From an uncultured Bacteroidales bacterium (lineage in GTDB: Bacteria > Bacteroidota > Bacteroidia > Bacteroidales > Bacteroidaceae): a DNA stretch of 64,000 nt. The stretch covers positions 1,350-65,349 of the forward strand of contig CADBXS010000004.1 in NCBI GenBank assembly GCA_902798705.1, written 5' to 3'. The translations under genes were made by a program, and so were the position numbers. The notes beneath the pieces are model-generated. The model worked only from the letters and a program-made list of their open reading frames with translations. It was not told the origin of the DNA and made no database searches. Shown here piece after piece: positions 54,974 through 62,930 of the stretch. The number at the start of each line of letters is the position of its first letter. Positions within the stretch are counted from its first letter, which is position 1.

Positions 54974-55345
54974 ATGGATAACATCAAAACACAAGAACTG
55001 AATGCCGTGATGGCAAATGCCATGCAACAGGAAGAATCGCGTCGCCAAGTTTTCAAGATGGAAACGAGCGATGGCGAACGGAAAAGAACATTGGTGCTGG
55101 AGGAGGCTCCTGCCGTACAGAATCCGATGAATAGGGACGTGCGCTCCTGCGTGGGGTGCTTCTTTTACCAGAACCCCGACTATTCGTGCCAGGACTTAGG
55201 ACGCTTTGGCCTGCCGTCGTGTGTGCAATTCGTGAAGGTGGTGAAGAAAAGGGAGGTGATCTTTGCACTGAAAACGAGGGGAATGAGGGACGATGGGGAT
55301 GATGGAATGAATGGGGATAATGTGATGGATGGGAAACATTCTTAG
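54974..55345 (+). CDS. Hypothetical small protein with a four-Cys motif
   Basis: It begins MDNIKTQELNAVMANAMQQEE and contains CVGCFFYQNPDYSCQDLGRFGLPSC, a possible zinc ribbon. The D/G/M-rich tail is a translation of the 9-nt word repeat, so the true 3' end is uncertain. Confidence 0.45.
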   Translation: MDNIKTQELNAVMANAMQQEESRRQVFKMETSDGERKRTLVLEEAPAVQNPMNRDVRSCVGCFFYQNPDYSCQDLGRFGLPSCVQFVKVVKKREVIFALKTRGMRDDGDDGMNGDNVMDGKHS

Positions 55346-55431
55346 TTCTTCATCTTACATCCTTCATAAAAAAATGGCATGGTTTTTTCGGGGGGTACTG
55401 AAAAACTATTGCATGATAACGGAAAAGGCTT

Positions 55432-55439
55432 TACCTTTG
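55432..55439 (+). promoter_or_regulatory. Candidate -7 box (TACCTTTG) for HU-like gene 1
   Basis: A TAnnTTTG match ~170 nt upstream of the ATG at 55609. Confidence 0.35.
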
Positions 55440-55608
55440 CATCGCAATTCAGAAAAAGAGGGCTCTGAACCAAAACAGGATAACACAAGAAACGGAATGA
55501 GCCCACCATGAGAAACCTATTTTATGTTTAACTTGAGTGGATGACGCGTTGGGTAACGTCGCGAAAACTGAACTCGGCATCACTCGCAAAAAATCAAATG
55601 ACAGTATT

Positions 55609-56004
55609 ATGGCAAGTTTGAATCCAACCATGAAACTGAAAATCAGTGAGCGTACATGTGGCATCGACAAGAAGGTGCGCTACTACACAAGCATCAATCG
55701 CGCTCCTGAAATCAACGATGAGAATCTCATCAAGTACGCAACCAACGACTCGGGTATGCGCATCGAACAGATCGCTTCGGTCTATCGCAGCCTCATCACA
55801 CAGGTGCAGGAGCTGGTGTGCAACGGTCACTCGGTGCAACTGGGCGATATGGGCACCCTCTACTTCAAGATTCACGCGAAGATTTCGGAGGAACAGGCAG
55901 ACGCAGGTGGTAGTGCCGTGAAAAGCAAGCGCATCGGTTTCCGTGCCAGCAAGACACTTCGCCAGAAGTTGCAGACGGTGAACTTCGTTTCGGAAGCGGA
56001 GTAG
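55609..56004 (+). CDS. Bacteroidota HU-family DNA-binding protein (HU_2-like), paralog 1
   Basis: LIKYATNDSGMRIEQIASVYRSLITQVQELVCNGHSVQLGDMGTLYFKIHAK fits the HU-fold pattern. The start is uncertain (ATG at 55609 or 55630; the ORF track starts at 55537). Confidence 0.65.
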   Translation: MASLNPTMKLKISERTCGIDKKVRYYTSINRAPEINDENLIKYATNDSGMRIEQIASVYRSLITQVQELVCNGHSVQLGDMGTLYFKIHAKISEEQADAGGSAVKSKRIGFRASKTLRQKLQTVNFVSEAE

Positions 56005-56109
56005 GCCCTGGGATTTGAGCCCAGAGCTGATGCTCAGGGAACGGTAAAGGGGACAGGACTTCTAATTATCAACTCTTATTTTTTAACCTTTTTAATTCAA
56101 TCAAAAAAC

Positions 56110-56499
56110 ATGGGAAAAGTATTTATTAAGACTCAGCAGCAGTATTTCAAGCCTGAAGACAAGCAGATGTATTTCACTAAGTCAATCACTTACACCAAGA
56201 TCGGTTTCGACCAGCTCGTGAAGCATGTGGCAGCCGACTCTGGCATGAGCGAAGGAGCATGTGAGGGTGCCGTGCGCAGCATCATCAAGCAGATGGAGGA
56301 GATGGTTCTCAACGGTCACACCATCTACGTGAAGCAACTCGGAACGTTCAAGGTGTCCATTTCCGCCAAGGCTCCTCTCGACAGGGAAGAGGCCGGTGCC
56401 AAGCAAATCTATCGTCGTCGCATCCTCTATTTCCCTTCGGAGGAAATCAAGAACGAAATCGAGAACACAGAACTGGAATGTGTGACGAAGAAGGACTAA
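56110..56499 (+). CDS. Bacteroidota HU-family DNA-binding protein (HU_2-like), paralog 2
   Basis: LVKHVAADSGMSEGACEGAVRSIIKQMEEMVLNGHTIYVKQLGTFKVSISAK has the same architecture as paralog 1. Confidence 0.7.
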   Translation: MGKVFIKTQQQYFKPEDKQMYFTKSITYTKIGFDQLVKHVAADSGMSEGACEGAVRSIIKQMEEMVLNGHTIYVKQLGTFKVSISAKAPLDREEAGAKQIYRRRILYFPSEEIKNEIENTELECVTKKD

Positions 56500-56532
56500 T
56501 CTGCGAAGAAGCTCATTGGAAATAAACGCGAA

Positions 56533-56567
56533 GCGGTGTTGTGTCGGAAGGCACAGCACCGCTTTTT
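56533..56567 (+). terminator. Rho-independent terminator after HU-like gene 2
   Basis: GCGGTGTTGTG..CACAGCACCGC followed by TTTTT. Confidence 0.65.
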
Positions 56568-56601
56568 GTGTGATTTTTATGGTAACAACAAGCTTTTTTA
56601 T

Positions 56602-56609
56602 TATCTTTG
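56602..56609 (+). promoter_or_regulatory. Candidate -7 box (TATCTTTG) for the GT2-yfhO pair
   Basis: A TAnnTTTG match ~45 nt upstream of the ATG at 56655. Confidence 0.45.
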
Positions 56610-56654
56610 CAAAAATTCTCAGAGCGCTAGGGAGAATCAATAACAATAAAAGTG

Positions 56655-57626
56655 ATGGCTAATTTGAAAGAGAATGAAAATGAGTTTCCTGTGTTATACT
56701 TGATCGTGCCATGTTACAACGAAAGGGAAATGTTGCCTGAGACTAACAAGCAGTTGGGAGCTTTACTTTCCATGATGATAACGAATCACGTCATTGATTC
56801 AAAAAGCAGGATTGTATATGTGGATGATGGATCGGAAGATGGTACATGGGGACTAATTGAGAAATTCCATCAGAAATCTGAGATTGTGAATGGTGTGAAG
56901 TTAGCAGGTAATTCGGGCCACCAGAGCGCCTTAGTAGCAGGATTAACTATCGCCAAAGAATATGCAAACGTGATGATTACCATTGATGCTGACCTTCAAG
57001 ATGATATCCATGCGATTCCAACAATGATTGATAAATACAGAGAAGGTTGTGACATTGTGTATGGAGTGCGTTCATCTCGTAAAAGCGACTCTTTCCTCAA
57101 GCGTAATTCTGCCTTGACGTTCTATAAGATAATGTTTTATTTGGGAGCAAAGTCTATTTATAATCATGCAGATTTCAGATTGATGAGTAAGCGTGCCGTT
57201 GAACAATTACTTTTATATCGTGAACGGAATCTTTTTCTGAGAGGCATTGTTCCACTGATTGGATACAGAAGTGAACAGATTTACTACGAACGGAAGGAAA
57301 GGCTGGCAGGAAAGAGCAAATATTCTTTTGCAAAAATGCTGAATTTTGCCACTGATGGTATCACTTCGTTCAGCGTGAAACCCATCCGCCTCATATTCAA
57401 CCTTGGACTGGTGTTCATTTTTATTGCCATTTGCATTCTCGTTTATGTTCTTCATGCCTACTTCAGAGGAAATACCATGCCAGGGTGGTCGTCACTCATC
57501 TTGTCAATGTGGTTTATTGGTGGATGTGTTCTTGTCGGTTTAGGAATTGTAGGAGAATACATCGGGAAAATCTATTTAGAGGTGAAGGATAGACCTCGAT
57601 ATGTGATCGAAAAGGAATTGAAATAG
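56655..57626 (+). CDS. Family-2 glycosyltransferase, GtrB/CsbB-like polyprenyl-phosphate glycosyltransferase
   Basis: LIVPCYNE, VDDGSEDGT, NSGHQSAL and IDADLQDD, plus two C-terminal TM helices. Confidence 0.8.
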   Translation: MANLKENENEFPVLYLIVPCYNEREMLPETNKQLGALLSMMITNHVIDSKSRIVYVDDGSEDGTWGLIEKFHQKSEIVNGVKLAGNSGHQSALVAGLTIAKEYANVMITIDADLQDDIHAIPTMIDKYREGCDIVYGVRSSRKSDSFLKRNSALTFYKIMFYLGAKSIYNHADFRLMSKRAVEQLLLYRERNLFLRGIVPLIGYRSEQIYYERKERLAGKSKYSFAKMLNFATDGITSFSVKPIRLIFNLGLVFIFIAICILVYVLHAYFRGNTMPGWSSLILSMWFIGGCVLVGLGIVGEYIGKIYLEVKDRPRYVIEKELK

Positions 57627-57642
57627 ATTTTTTACAATACAA

Positions 57643-59940
57643 ATGAAAAAGTTAGTCTTCTATATTATTGTCACCACATTCATCGGCATTCTCCCTTCGC
57701 TACTTCAATATGGTGCATTCATGCCGTTTGGAGATTTTGCCAACCAACAGATTCCATTCATCATGGAAACCAAACGCATGTTGGCGTCTGGTCATCCCTG
57801 GTGGAGTTGGAACACTTATTTCGGAGACAATTTCATTGGTGCTTATTCATTCTATACACTCACCAGCCCTTTTGTGTGGCTTAATTGTTTGTTTCCCTAT
57901 GAGTACATTATTGAAAGCATCACCCTTACGCTATTTCTGAAATTGATTTGCATGGGGTTGTTCACCTTCTTGTATCTGAAGAAGATGGATTTGGATGAAG
58001 ACCTATCTCAAGTAGGTGCGATGATGTATGTGTTTTCTTCGTTCAGCATCACCAATCTGTATTATTACCATTTTTTAGAGCCCATGATGTGCTTTCCACT
58101 ATTTCTCATTGCCATCGAGAAATATGTGAGAGGGGAAAAATATTCTGATGTGCTATTATCCTTAGCCACTTTTCTGATTTCATTCATCAATTTTTATTTT
58201 TTCCCTTGTTCGCTCATTCCTGGCATTATCTATTACCTATGCAGGATCAGCTCAAAAGAACACAAGTTCTCGGGCAGTAAGTTTGGCTACGCAGTTTTTC
58301 TGGTGTTATTGGGGACATGCATGTCTGCCTTCATTTTGTTGCCATCAGTATTGCATTTAGTGGGAGGGCCAAGAACTGATGCGAACTTGGGACTTTCCGT
58401 CTCAAGCACATTGGTGAGGATACGAGCACTACTTTCACCAGAAATTGTTGAAGGTCCAAACCATTTAGTCATTTGTACTTCTTGGAACAGTAATGCTGCT
58501 TATATTCCTATTTTTGGCTGTTTCTTGGCTATTCTGTATTGTTGGAAGAAAAGAGATTGGATAGCAAGATTATGCATCATCGTTGTTGTTTTATTTATTA
58601 CCCCGCTCAATGGACTCTTTTCCTTGTTCACTAATCCCTACTATTCGCGATGGGCTTATGCTTTAGTACTTTTTTTAATTTTGGCAAGCATGAAGTATCT
58701 TTCGCATGGAATCAACATCAGTGTAAGAGAAGTGGTGATCTATTCATCTATTTGTTTAGTTTTCTTTTTGGGTGTATATGCATTAGGATGGATAGTACAG
58801 GCTGACAGCTATTTCAGCCTTCACAAATCGCATTTCATTATCAATGCTGTTATCGTTGTACTTTTCCTGTTCAGTATATTTTTGATGTGGACATATGCTA
58901 GGAGGGGAAACAGAAAGTCACTTATCAAATATGTGTGTCTATTCTCCGTGGTCAACCTATCTCTCTTCATGATAAAGTGGACAGATGTTTCCTTCAACGT
59001 TACGACCCCCCCCCATGAGATGTTAATATATCAAGGAATCAATAAGCAATATGTTCTCAACAATAAACTTGAAAGATTACAAGACAATCATATGTTCAAC
59101 TATCGCACACATTTTATTTCACGAAACAGTGTAAGATATAATAATATCTCTTTACTTAAAAATCGTCCTAGTATAGAAACATTCCATTCCGTTAAAAATA
59201 ATAATATCCGAGAACTATTTAACACTTCGGACTCAACAAATATTGCAAGAAGTAATCGATTCTGCCCCACATGCAATATACCATCTTTTGAATCACTCAT
59301 GTCTGTTCGTAATATTATCATTTATAATGATCCCAAACGGAAGTTTATACAATTAGGGCGAAAGGATTTAGAAGAAAAGGGTGATGGATATGTAGTCTAT
59401 AGCAATCTAAACTATCTACCTATGGGATTCACTTACGACCATTATATAGATGAAAAAAAAATTGATTCCCTACTTCAGATTGCGCCACTACCAGATGTGC
59501 CACTTCAGCTGTTGGCAAATTTGGCAGTAACTAAAGAGAGTATACCTGTCATCAGTAAATACTTGGTACAAGGTCTTATCAACGACAATTTTGACTTAGA
59601 CAGCGTGGTGATGGAACGAAGAAAAACTGTTTGTTCATCATTTGAAGGAGATACACATGGGTTCTCTGCAGAGATAGATTTGCCAAAAGACAATCTTGTG
59701 TTTTTCAGTGTACCAGCAGACAAAGGATTTTTTGCTACAATAGATGGAAAAGAAACGCAGATTCATAAGGTAAACTTAGGTCAAATAGGCATTGTTGTTC
59801 CAAAAGGCAAACATTCCATTCGATGCGAATATTTTCCCACAGGGCTCAAAGAGGGCAGTTTTTGCAGTATCATAGCGTTATTAATAATTATCGGACTTGC
59901 CTTCAGGAATGCCCAAGAATTTAAACAAAAAAGTAAATGA
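57643..59940 (+). CDS. YfhO-family polytopic membrane protein (GT-C-like)
   Basis: 765 aa with >10 TM segments. The N-terminal pattern is FMPFGDFANQQIPFIMETKRMLASGHPWWSWNTYFGDNFIGAYSFY, followed by a large C-terminal extracytoplasmic domain and a final TM segment. Confidence 0.75.
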   Translation: MKKLVFYIIVTTFIGILPSLLQYGAFMPFGDFANQQIPFIMETKRMLASGHPWWSWNTYFGDNFIGAYSFYTLTSPFVWLNCLFPYEYIIESITLTLFLKLICMGLFTFLYLKKMDLDEDLSQVGAMMYVFSSFSITNLYYYHFLEPMMCFPLFLIAIEKYVRGEKYSDVLLSLATFLISFINFYFFPCSLIPGIIYYLCRISSKEHKFSGSKFGYAVFLVLLGTCMSAFILLPSVLHLVGGPRTDANLGLSVSSTLVRIRALLSPEIVEGPNHLVICTSWNSNAAYIPIFGCFLAILYCWKKRDWIARLCIIVVVLFITPLNGLFSLFTNPYYSRWAYALVLFLILASMKYLSHGINISVREVVIYSSICLVFFLGVYALGWIVQADSYFSLHKSHFIINAVIVVLFLFSIFLMWTYARRGNRKSLIKYVCLFSVVNLSLFMIKWTDVSFNVTTPPHEMLIYQGINKQYVLNNKLERLQDNHMFNYRTHFISRNSVRYNNISLLKNRPSIETFHSVKNNNIRELFNTSDSTNIARSNRFCPTCNIPSFESLMSVRNIIIYNDPKRKFIQLGRKDLEEKGDGYVVYSNLNYLPMGFTYDHYIDEKKIDSLLQIAPLPDVPLQLLANLAVTKESIPVISKYLVQGLINDNFDLDSVVMERRKTVCSSFEGDTHGFSAEIDLPKDNLVFFSVPADKGFFATIDGKETQIHKVNLGQIGIVVPKGKHSIRCEYFPTGLKEGSFCSIIALLIIIGLAFRNAQEFKQKSK

Positions 59941-59988
59941 TATTATACTACGTCCAAAAACTTCCGATGGAATCGACATTTTTAGTCA

Positions 59989-60447
59989 TTAATCATCATT
60001 TTCATGATGGTGATGGTGGTGATGATGATGTTCACCAGAATGAGATGAGTCTTCGGATGAGGAATGATGATGGTGATGGCGTTCACCAGAACGAGAACCG
60101 CCTCTTTCCGAAGAAGAATGGAGGCGAGAACTTCCGTTGGATTCGCCATTTTCATATTCATCTGAAGAATGGGAGTGAGAACCTTCACTGCTATGATGGT
60201 GATGATGGTGGTGATGACGAGCACTTCTAATTTCTGCTTCTTCTTGCTTTCGCATATAATACTTGAAACGAAGTTCGTCAATAATCTGTCCTATGATAAG
60301 ACCAACAAAAGCAAAAACAGCCACATAGAGCGTAGGCAATGTGTAGATTTTAATAGCCACACAACCAATAATTACGGCAATGATAATGAGAAGAATGGTG
60401 TACTGACTTCGTGGTTTTCTTGTCCTTTTGATGTCGATTGTTCGCAT
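59989..60447 (-). CDS. Two-TM membrane protein with a poly-His/Ser/Glu tail
   Basis: After the TM segments the tail reads ..ARHHHHHHHHSSEGSHSHSSDE..GERHHHHHSSSEDSSHSGEHHHHHHHHHENDD (H8, H5 and H9 runs). Confidence 0.6.
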   Translation of the reverse strand: MRTIDIKRTRKPRSQYTILLIIIAVIIGCVAIKIYTLPTLYVAVFAFVGLIIGQIIDELRFKYYMRKQEEAEIRSARHHHHHHHHSSEGSHSHSSDEYENGESNGSSRLHSSSERGGSRSGERHHHHHSSSEDSSHSGEHHHHHHHHHENDD

Positions 60448-60469
60448 AAATCAATTATTTTTGTGGTTG

Positions 60470-60477
60470 CAAAGTTA
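60470..60477 (-). promoter_or_regulatory. Candidate -7 box (TAACTTTG on the minus strand) for the His-rich gene
   Basis: A TAnnTTTG match ~23 nt upstream of the ATG at 60447. Confidence 0.45.
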
Positions 60478-60649
60478 CATATTTTAAGTTTGTCATACAA
60501 ATTTTCAGGAAAGAGAATTGACAGGCTCCACTCATCTACGAGAGAGAATCAACTAAGAAAAACACAAAAAAAGTGGCAAAACACCACTGAAAATACGGGA
60601 AGAAAAGAAAAAAAGAGCATAAAAGAATGTGCTATTGCCTAAAAATTCG

Positions 60650-60657
60650 TAACTTTG
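60650..60657 (+). promoter_or_regulatory. Candidate -7 box (TAACTTTG), plus strand
   Basis: A TAnnTTTG match ~290 nt upstream of the next plus-strand ATG (60945). Confidence 0.3.
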
Positions 60658-60944
60658 CACCGAAATAATAGCTATTATAATCGCAATAAAACCAAAAAAC
60701 GGATGAACAATGATGGAAAGCTCTATTAAACTGTAAATCTTAGGCAATGAAAAACGACAACTCTCAATCAACTTTGTTATTGTTTTTCTAATTTTTCAAG
60801 AGATTTAGGGGGAATAGTGCAATCTTGTTAAAATCCGTTAACAAAAGAGAATAAAACTTTCTAACTTACTGTAAATAAATTATTTACAATAAGGATAGAA
60901 GTGATTGTTTTGTGTGGATATACAAATTTTTTAGGAAATTAAGG

Positions 60945-62027
60945 ATGACAATTGCAGAGGAAAGATTCTTTGAGGTGCTACGCATTGCGTTGGGGACTCA
61001 GAAAGAATTGACATCACCCATAAGTGCTGAAGAATGGAACGAGATTCCAGAAATTGCAGCGAAGCAGTGTGTGATGGGATTGTTGATGAGTGCCATTGAG
61101 CAGTTGCCACGTGGTCAGCGGCCTCCGAACAACATACTCTTGGCCATTCACGACAGAGTTCAGGAAATTGAGGAGCAGAACCGCTACATCAACAAACTCA
61201 CCTATGCCACCAGTAAGCGCTTCGAGGTGGATGGTTTTCCCAACTGCATTCTGAAAGGTCAAGGCATCGCCACCCTCTACCCCAACCCACTCCGTCGAGA
61301 ATCAGGAGACATTGATGTGTGGCTACAAGGCGATCGAGACAAGATTATCGAATATGTACGGAATGTGGGTGAGGCAAAAGAACCATCACCGCTCCATATC
61401 GGATTCGACCTCAAAGACGGTACTCCTGTAGAGGCACATTTCACCCCTAGCTTTTTCAGCAATCCCTTTACCGACCACAAATTCAACAAGTGGGCGAAGG
61501 AACACCAAGCAGAGCAGAACAGTCATTATGTTCCATTCGATGGGGGTACAGAATTGCCCATTCCAACGATAGAATTCAACATCGTTTTCATTCTATGCCA
61601 TGCTTACCAGCATTTCATTGGCACAGGTGTTGGACTCCGCCAAATCATTGACTATTTCTATGTGCTAAAGCATTATCATGAAGAAGCTTCATCTTCGACC
61701 TCTCTTCACGTTTTGCGCTCCACGCTTCACGGACTCTCACTTGAAAAGTTTTGTGCAGCAGTCGGTTGGCTTCTTCACACACAACTCGGACTTCCAGCCG
61801 AATATCTCATCGTTGAGCCTAATGCCAAAGAGGGCGAATTCCTATTGAAAGAAGTCCTGCTCACAGGCAATTTCGGTCATGCTGATAAGCGAACAGCCAA
61901 CGGACATCGACTCAGTGGAAAGCGATATCGCCTTGGACATCTTTTCCTCGCCTACCCTTCCGAAATCTGTTGGTATGTTCTCCAGGGCATCAAGCGATTG
62001 ATAACGAGGGAAGAACCGATAGATTGA
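60945..62027 (+). CDS. Uncharacterised nucleotidyltransferase-family protein (NTP_transf_5-like)
   Basis: ILKGQGIATLYPNPLRRESGDIDVWL is the typical motif. The start is taken at the ATG (MTIAEERFF). Confidence 0.6.
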   Translation: MTIAEERFFEVLRIALGTQKELTSPISAEEWNEIPEIAAKQCVMGLLMSAIEQLPRGQRPPNNILLAIHDRVQEIEEQNRYINKLTYATSKRFEVDGFPNCILKGQGIATLYPNPLRRESGDIDVWLQGDRDKIIEYVRNVGEAKEPSPLHIGFDLKDGTPVEAHFTPSFFSNPFTDHKFNKWAKEHQAEQNSHYVPFDGGTELPIPTIEFNIVFILCHAYQHFIGTGVGLRQIIDYFYVLKHYHEEASSSTSLHVLRSTLHGLSLEKFCAAVGWLLHTQLGLPAEYLIVEPNAKEGEFLLKEVLLTGNFGHADKRTANGHRLSGKRYRLGHLFLAYPSEICWYVLQGIKRLITREEPID

Positions 62028-62090
62028 AGAAAAGAATCATCTTAAAAGGCATAAATTACACTTAATCTAACAAACTTTATAAAGCAGAAT

Positions 62091-62930
62091 ATGTCATTCA
62101 CAACATATTTAAAAAGAGGAATAAAATACATTATTTACGGGCAGCCAATGGTCAACAATAATGTAATAGCCAATGTGACTTATACCAGTCCCACAAATAT
62201 CCTTATCAATAAAAAAATCATTGTAACAGGAGGTGGAAGAGGATTGGGATTTGCTATGGCTAAAAAATTCAAAGCTGAAGGAGCCAAAGTTCTAATAACT
62301 GGTAGAAATAATGATGTATTAGAAAAAGCCTCGAAAGAGCTAAACTGTTCATACATGAAATTTGATGTTCAAAACAGTTCATCTTATAAAGAATTCATTT
62401 ATGAAGCGGATAAGATCCTTGGTGGTGTCAATTGTTTGGTAAACAATGCTGGCGTATCGCTTCATGAAAATGATTTCACCAAAGTTACCCCAGAGAGTTT
62501 TGATACACAAATCAATACGAATCTCAAGGGTGGCTTTTTCTTAACCAAAGAATTCGTCGAGCTACTAAAATCGAGGAATGAGAAAGGCGTTGTTCTCTTT
62601 ACGTCATCAGAAACAGGCGAGACTGTTGATGAAAGGCCATACGGATGGACAAAGGCTGCAATCAACAGCATGGTTCAAGGGTTAGCCTACAAATTGGCTA
62701 AAGATGGTTTTCGTATTAATGCTGTAGCTCCAGGCATAACAGCATCAGACATGACAGGGCTTAAAGCTGATGGGAATATATATTTTACAGGCAACATTAT
62801 TGAACGCGTATATTTACCTGGAGAAGTTGCCGAAACGGCATGTTTCTTATTATCAGATGCTTCTGGATGTATCAATGGGCAGATCATTTATTGTAATAAT
62901 GGACAAACGATTAATGCAAGATGGAAATAA
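62091..62930 (+). CDS. SDR-family oxidoreductase
   Basis: The Rossmann motif is IIVTGGGRGLGFAMAKKF and NNAG is present. The N-terminal ~40 aa extension makes the true start uncertain. Confidence 0.8.
   Translation: MSFTTYLKRGIKYIIYGQPMVNNNVIANVTYTSPTNILINKKIIVTGGGRGLGFAMAKKFKAEGAKVLITGRNNDVLEKASKELNCSYMKFDVQNSSSYKEFIYEADKILGGVNCLVNNAGVSLHENDFTKVTPESFDTQINTNLKGGFFLTKEFVELLKSRNEKGVVLFTSSETGETVDERPYGWTKAAINSMVQGLAYKLAKDGFRINAVAPGITASDMTGLKADGNIYFTGNIIERVYLPGEVAETACFLLSDASGCINGQIIYCNNGQTINARWK

Noticed and set aside
54633-55048. The overlapping minus-strand ORFs 54633-54956 and 54728-55048, and the plus-strand ORF 54801-55001.
   Set aside because: They span the hexamer hairpin repeats and the G11 tract. 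Their low-complexity LNLN/PPP content is a repeat artefact.
59937-60230. A plus-strand 97-aa ORF rich in D/G/H, overlapping the His-rich gene.
   Set aside because: It is antisense to the poly-His gene, which has TM helices and a promoter box. It has no independent support.
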